Shown in pieces: positions 1-2,827 of a stretch of 2,827 nt of DNA. Below the pieces are notes generated by a model. It saw only the letters and a list, made by a program, of their open reading frames with translations. It was not told the origin of the DNA and did not search any database. The stretch's first letter is position 1, and the number at the start of each line of letters is the position of its first letter. The DNA comes from Enterobacteria phage CUS-3: sequence record FN394996.1. One strand, written 5' to 3'. The position numbers were made by a program, and so were the translations under genes.

Positions 1-438
1 ATGGCGCGCCCAACAAAGTATCAAGAGGCGTATGCCGAACAGGCACGCAAACTGTGCTTGCTGGGCTACACCGATGCAGAGCTTGCTGATTTCTTCGAAG
101 TCAGTGAGTCAACTATTAACAAGTGGAAGCTTGATTATCCTGAGTTTTCGGAGTCCATAAAAAAGGGTAAGGCCGTCGCTGATGCAGAAGTTAGTGATCG
201 TCTTTATCAACGCGCTATGGGCTTCGTGGCTCCAGATATCGATATTCGTGTTATTGAAAACAGAATTGTCGAAACTCCGCTTGAGAAGTATTACCCGCCT
301 GATACAACCGCTGCCATTTTCTGGCTTAAGAACCGACAGAAGGATAAATGGCGCGACAAGGTTGATCACGAGCTAACAGGCAAAGACGGCGGCGCAATTC
401 AGATTGAAACATCACCGATGAGCACTCTATTCGGAAAA
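1..438 (+). CDS. Phage terminase small subunit (TerS), Sf6/P22-like packaging module; 146 codons visible from the ATG at 1, stop codon hidden in the masked block
   Basis: Frame 1 ORF starting at ATG 1. Translation MARPTKYQEAYAEQARKLCLLGYTDAELADFFEVSESTINKWK... contains an N-terminal helix-turn-helix-like segment (GYTDAELADFFEVSESTINKWK), an AIFWLKNRQKDKWRDK stretch typical of small terminase subunits, and a C-terminal tail GKDGGAIQIETSPMSTLFGK that I recall as shared with the Sf6-type small terminase. The ORF track extends it to 543 only because masked N codons translate as X; the in-frame TGA at 541-543 is not evidence of the true stop. Confidence 0.75.
64..129 (+). other. Predicted helix-turn-helix DNA-binding motif within TerS (residues about 22-43)
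   Basis: Sequence GYTDAELADFFEVSESTINKWK has the short helix / turn (S-E-S) / recognition helix pattern of HTH motifs; small terminases bind pac DNA through an N-terminal HTH. Pattern-based only. Confidence 0.45.
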
Positions 439-538
439 NNNNNNNNNNNNNNNNNNNNNNNNNNNNNNNNNNNNNNNNNNNNNNNNNNNNNNNNNNNNNN
501 NNNNNNNNNNNNNNNNNNNNNNNNNNNNNNNNNNNNNN
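439..538. other. Masked or undetermined sequence (100 N)
   Basis: Run of exactly 100 N. Hides the TerS stop codon and whatever lies between TerS and the tailspike-like ORF. 100 N is also the conventional scaffold-gap placeholder, so true length may be unknown. Confidence 1.
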
Positions 539-1762
539 TCTGAGCCATGTGTAAAATATTATGATGGCATTCTGTATCTGACGACCAGGGGGACATTAAG
601 TACTCAACCCGGTAGTTCATTGCACAGAAGCTCTGATTTAGGTACATCATGGAATTCTCTTCGCTTCCCAAATAATGTTCATCACTCAAACCTTCCTTTT
701 GCCAAAGTTGGCGATGAGCTGATTATTTTTGGCAGTGAGCGCGCATTTGGTGAGTGGGAAGGAGGAGAACCTGATAACCGTTATGCAGGAAATTATCCAA
801 GAACATTTATGACCAGAGTTAACGTCAATGAGTGGAGTCTGGATAATGTAGAGTGGGTTAATGTTACTGATCAGATTTATCAGGGCGGAATAGTTAACTC
901 TGCGGTTGGTGTTGGTTCAGTTTGTATCAAAGACAACTGGCTGTACTACATTTTCGGTGGGGAAGACTTTCTAAACCCATGGAGCATAGGGGATAACAAC
1001 AGAAAATATCCTTATGTTCACGATGGTCACNNNNNNNNNNNNNNNNNNNNNNNNNNNNNNNNNNNNNNNNNNNNNNNNNNNNNNNNNNNNNNNNNNNNNN
1101 NNNNNNNNNNNNNNNNNNNNNNNNNNNNNNNNNNNNNNNNNNNNNNNNNNNNNNNNNNNNNNNNNNNNNNNNNNNNNNNNNNNNNNNNNNNNNNNNNNNN
1201 NNNNNNNNNNNNNNNNNNNNNNNNNNNNNNNNNNNNNNNNNNNNNNNNNNNNNNNNNNNNNNNNNNNNNNNNNNNNNNNNNNNNNNNNNNNNNNNNNNNN
1301 NNNNNNNNNNNNNNNNNNNNNAGCGGCGGTGAAACAACGTCTTCAGCAGATGGCGCAATGATAACGTTGCATGGTTCCGGAAGCAGTACTCCACGTCGCG
1401 CGGTATATAACGCACTCGAACATCTTTTTGAGAACGGAGATGTTAAACCTTATCTTGATAATGTAAATGCTCTTGGTGGTCCGGGAAACAGGTTCTCGAC
1501 AGTTTATCTTGGCTCCAATCCTGTGGTTACCAGTGACGGAACATTAAAGACAGAGGCGGTCTCTCCTGACGAAGCATTGCTGGATGCCTGGGGTGACGTC
1601 AGGTATATCGCTTATAAATGGCTGAACGCTGTCGCTATAAAGGGGGAAGAAGGGGCGAGGATACATCATGGTGTAATCGCGCAGCAACTTCGTGATGTTC
1701 TTATTTCTCACGGACTCATGGAAGAAGAAAGCACAACATGCCGCTATGCCTTTCTTTGCTAT
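539..1762 (+). CDS. Tailspike / tail fibre protein, endosialidase-like (sialidase beta-propeller segment plus C-terminal intramolecular chaperone domain); partial, with start and stop both in masked sequence
   Basis: Frame 2 has no stop from 422 to 1762 across visible sequence. Visible segment 539-1030 translates to ...YYDGILYLTTRGTLSTQPGSSLHRSSDLGTSWNSLRFPNN...GGEPDNRYAGNYPRTFMTRVNVNEWSLDNVEWVNVTDQIYQGGIVNSAVGVGSVCIKDNWLYYIFGGEDFLNPWSIGDNNRKYPYVHDGH, with an Asp-box. Visible segment 1322-1762 translates to ...NRFSTVYLGSNPVVTSDGTLKTEAVSPDEALLDAWGDVRYIAYKWLNAVAIKGEEGARIHHGVIAQQLRDVLISHGLMEEE..., matching the S-D-x-x-L-K autocleavage and HHG-IAQ motifs of the peptidase S74-type chaperone domain found at the C-terminus of endosialidases and other tail fibres. 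The 291-nt masked block keeps the frame (97 codons). This ORF is absent from the supplied ORF track, apparently because it has no in-window stop. Confidence 0.7.
629..652 (+). other. Asp-box (bacterial neuraminidase repeat) motif SSDLGTSW
   Basis: Codons 629-652 in frame 2 encode S-S-D-L-G-T-S-W, fitting the S-x-D-x-G-x-x-W Asp-box consensus of sialidase-type beta-propellers. Confidence 0.6.
1031..1321. other. Masked or undetermined sequence (291 N) inside the tailspike-like ORF
   Basis: 291 N, which is 97 codons; frame 2 is the coding frame on both sides. Confidence 1.
1532..1762 (+). other. C-terminal intramolecular chaperone (peptidase S74-like) domain, N-terminal part, with predicted autoproteolytic Ser-Asp site at codons 1532-1534 / 1535-1537
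   Basis: TSDGTLKTE (Ser 1532-1534, Asp 1535-1537) followed by DVRYIAYKWLNAV and RIHHGVIAQQL (1658-1690) matches the conserved order of motifs in tail-fibre chaperone domains. About 76 residues of the domain are visible; the rest and the stop codon are masked. Confidence 0.6.
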
Positions 1763-2179
1763 NNNNNNNNNNNNNNNNNNNNNNNNNNNNNNNNNNNNNN
1801 NNNNNNNNNNNNNNNNNNNNNNNNNNNNNNNNNNNNNNNNNNNNNNNNNNNNNNNNNNNNNNNNNNNNNNNNNNNNNNNNNNNNNNNNNNNNNNNNNNNN
1901 NNNNNNNNNNNNNNNNNNNNNNNNNNNNNNNNNNNNNNNNNNNNNNNNNNNNNNNNNNNNNNNNNNNNNNNNNNNNNNNNNNNNNNNNNNNNNNNNNNNN
2001 NNNNNNNNNNNNNNNNNNNNNNNNNNNNNNNNNNNNNNNNNNNNNNNNNNNNNNNNNNNNNNNNNNNNNNNNNNNNNNNNNNNNNNNNNNNNNNNNNNNN
2101 NNNNNNNNNNNNNNNNNNNNNNNNNNNNNNNNNNNNNNNNNNNNNNNNNNNNNNNNNNNNNNNNNNNNNNNNNNNNNNN
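1763..2179. other. Masked or undetermined sequence (417 N) spanning the tailspike 3' end, the intergenic region and the 5' region of the acetyltransferase gene
   Basis: 417 N, which is 139 codons. Hides the tailspike stop, any promoter or ribosome-binding site, and the place where the neuO heptanucleotide repeat tract would be expected. Confidence 1.
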
Positions 2180-2827
2180 ATGTCGTTTTCCGTTGATGAT
2201 AATGGATCAGGTAATATTTTTGTATGTGGAGATCTTGTAAATAGCAAAGAGAATAAAGTTCAGTTCAATGGAAACAATAACAAACTTATTATAGAAGATG
2301 ATGTTGAGTGTCGATGGCTTACCGTAATATTTAGGGGTGATAATAATTACGTAAGAATACATAAAAACAGTAAGATTAAAGGTGATATTGTCGCAACAAA
2401 AGGTTCAAAAGTTATTATCGGTAGAAGAACGACAATAGGTGCAGGTTTTGAAGTCGTCACTGATAAGTGCAATGTTACAATTGGCCATGACTGCATGATA
2501 GCAAGAGATGTTATTTTGCGTGCATCAGATGGGCATCCTATATTTGATATTCATAGCAAAAAAAGGATTAATTGGGCAAAAGATATCATTATATCTAGTT
2601 ACGTATGGGTAGGGAGAAATGTCTCTATAATGAAAGGGGTATCTGTTGGAAGCGGATCTGTCATTGGGTATGGGAGTATTGTAACTAAAGATGTGCCATC
2701 TATGTGTGCAGCAGCCGGTAATCCAGCAAAAATAATAAAAAGAAATATAATATGGGCAAGAACGGATAAAGCGGAGCTAATTAGTGATGACAAGAGATGC
2801 TCCAGCTATCATGCGAAGCTCACGCAA
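2180..2827 (+). CDS. neuO: Hexapeptide-repeat (left-handed beta-helix) acetyltransferase, NeuO-like polysialic acid O-acetyltransferase; 3' partial (no stop before window end); true start may lie upstream in masked sequence
   Basis: Frame 2 ORF from ATG 2180 to the window end, 216 codons with no stop. Translation MSFSVDDNGSGNIFVCGDLVNSKENKVQFNGNNNKLIIEDD...IGAGFEVVTDKCNVTIGHDCMIARDVILRASDGHPIFD...SSYVWVGRNVSIMKGVSVGSGSVIGYGSIVTKDVPSMCAAAGNPAKIIKRNIIW shows imperfect hexapeptide repeats and the C-terminal GNPAK segment typical of this acyltransferase family. Counting from Met 2180, His falls at residue 119 (codon 2534-2536) and Trp at 143 (codon 2606-2608), which matches my recollection of the residues reported as catalytically critical in NeuO. 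The gene is strongly AT-rich and lies directly downstream of an endosialidase-like tailspike, as neuO does in CUS-3. Confidence 0.65.
   Translation, partial: MSFSVDDNGSGNIFVCGDLVNSKENKVQFNGNNNKLIIEDDVECRWLTVIFRGDNNYVRIHKNSKIKGDIVATKGSKVIIGRRTTIGAGFEVVTDKCNVTIGHDCMIARDVILRASDGHPIFDIHSKKRINWAKDIIISSYVWVGRNVSIMKGVSVGSGSVIGYGSIVTKDVPSMCAAAGNPAKIIKRNIIWARTDKAELISDDKRCSSYHAKLTQ

Noticed and set aside
109-369. Reverse-strand ORF of 86 aa
   Set aside because: Lies entirely antisense to the well-supported TerS CDS, with no recognisable motifs; typical spurious antisense ORF.
182-376. Forward frame-2 ORF of 64 aa inside TerS
   Set aside because: Alternative-frame ORF wholly embedded in the TerS coding sequence; low-complexity hydrophobic translation with no family signature.
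1-543. ORF-track extension of the TerS ORF to 543 (180 aa)
   Set aside because: Codons 439-538 are all N (translated as X). The TGA at 541-543 is just the first stop after the mask in frame 1 and says nothing about the true stop, so only 1-438 is supported.
399-689. Reverse-strand ORF of 96 aa
   Set aside because: About one third of it is masked N, and the remainder is antisense to TerS and the tailspike-like ORF.
1014-1361. Forward frame-3 ORF of 115 aa
   Set aside because: Almost entirely masked; only a few real codons at each end, overlapping the frame-2 tailspike reading frame.
927-1415. Reverse-strand ORF of 162 aa
   Set aside because: Roughly 60% of its length is X from the 291-N block; the visible ends are antisense to the tailspike-like ORF. 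It is an artefact of N having no stop codons.
1692-2240. Forward frame-3 ORF of 182 aa and the overlapping frame-1 ORF 1738-2196
   Set aside because: Both are bridged by the 417-N block. Their visible portions overlap the chaperone-domain and acetyltransferase coding sequences in the wrong frame.
1759-2247. Reverse-strand ORF of 162 aa
   Set aside because: Nearly all X from the masked block; the visible part is antisense to the acetyltransferase start.
2558-2564. A7 homopolymer inside the acetyltransferase CDS, considered as a possible slipped-strand switch
   Set aside because: Seven adenines is short for a contingency tract, and it simply encodes Lys-Lys in an AT-rich gene. The documented phase-variation mechanism for neuO is a heptanucleotide repeat, not a homopolymer.
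2599-2793. Reverse-strand ORF of 64 aa
   Set aside because: Antisense to the hexapeptide-repeat acetyltransferase CDS; AT-rich sequence readily gives short antisense ORFs.
1-2827. Search for tRNA (for example the argW attachment site), CRISPR repeats, IS inverted repeats, and promoter or terminator elements
   Set aside because: No tRNA-like structure, direct-repeat array or terminal inverted repeat is recognisable in the visible sequence. Every intergenic region where a promoter, ribosome-binding site or terminator would sit is masked, so none can be called.

Overview
The window reads as a fragment of a P22-like (CUS-3-like) prophage of an Escherichia coli K1-type host, with three + strand genes interrupted by three N-masked blocks (439-538, 1031-1321, 1763-2179). 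(1) 1-438: a phage terminase small subunit with an N-terminal helix-turn-helix, whose stop codon is masked. (2) 539-1762, frame 2: two visible pieces of one tailspike-like protein, a sialidase-type beta-propeller segment carrying an Asp-box (SSDLGTSW) and the start of a C-terminal intramolecular-chaperone (peptidase S74-type) domain with a Ser-Asp autocleavage motif and an HHGVIAQ motif. This resembles the endosialidase tailspikes of K1-specific phages. (3) 2180-2827, frame 2: an AT-rich left-handed beta-helix (hexapeptide-repeat) acetyltransferase that I recognise as NeuO-like, the phase-variable polysialic acid O-acetyltransferase moron of prophage CUS-3; it runs off the 3' end of the window. 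All calls rest on my own translation and recalled family signatures, with no database search. The gene boundaries that matter most (terminase stop, tailspike start and stop, the neuO 5' end where the phase-variation repeats should be) all fall inside masked sequence. No tRNA, CRISPR array, IS element or clear promoter/terminator is visible. The main oddities are the terminase gene sitting only about 100 nt from a tailspike that lacks its N-terminal two-thirds, and the absence of any visible AAGACTC repeat.
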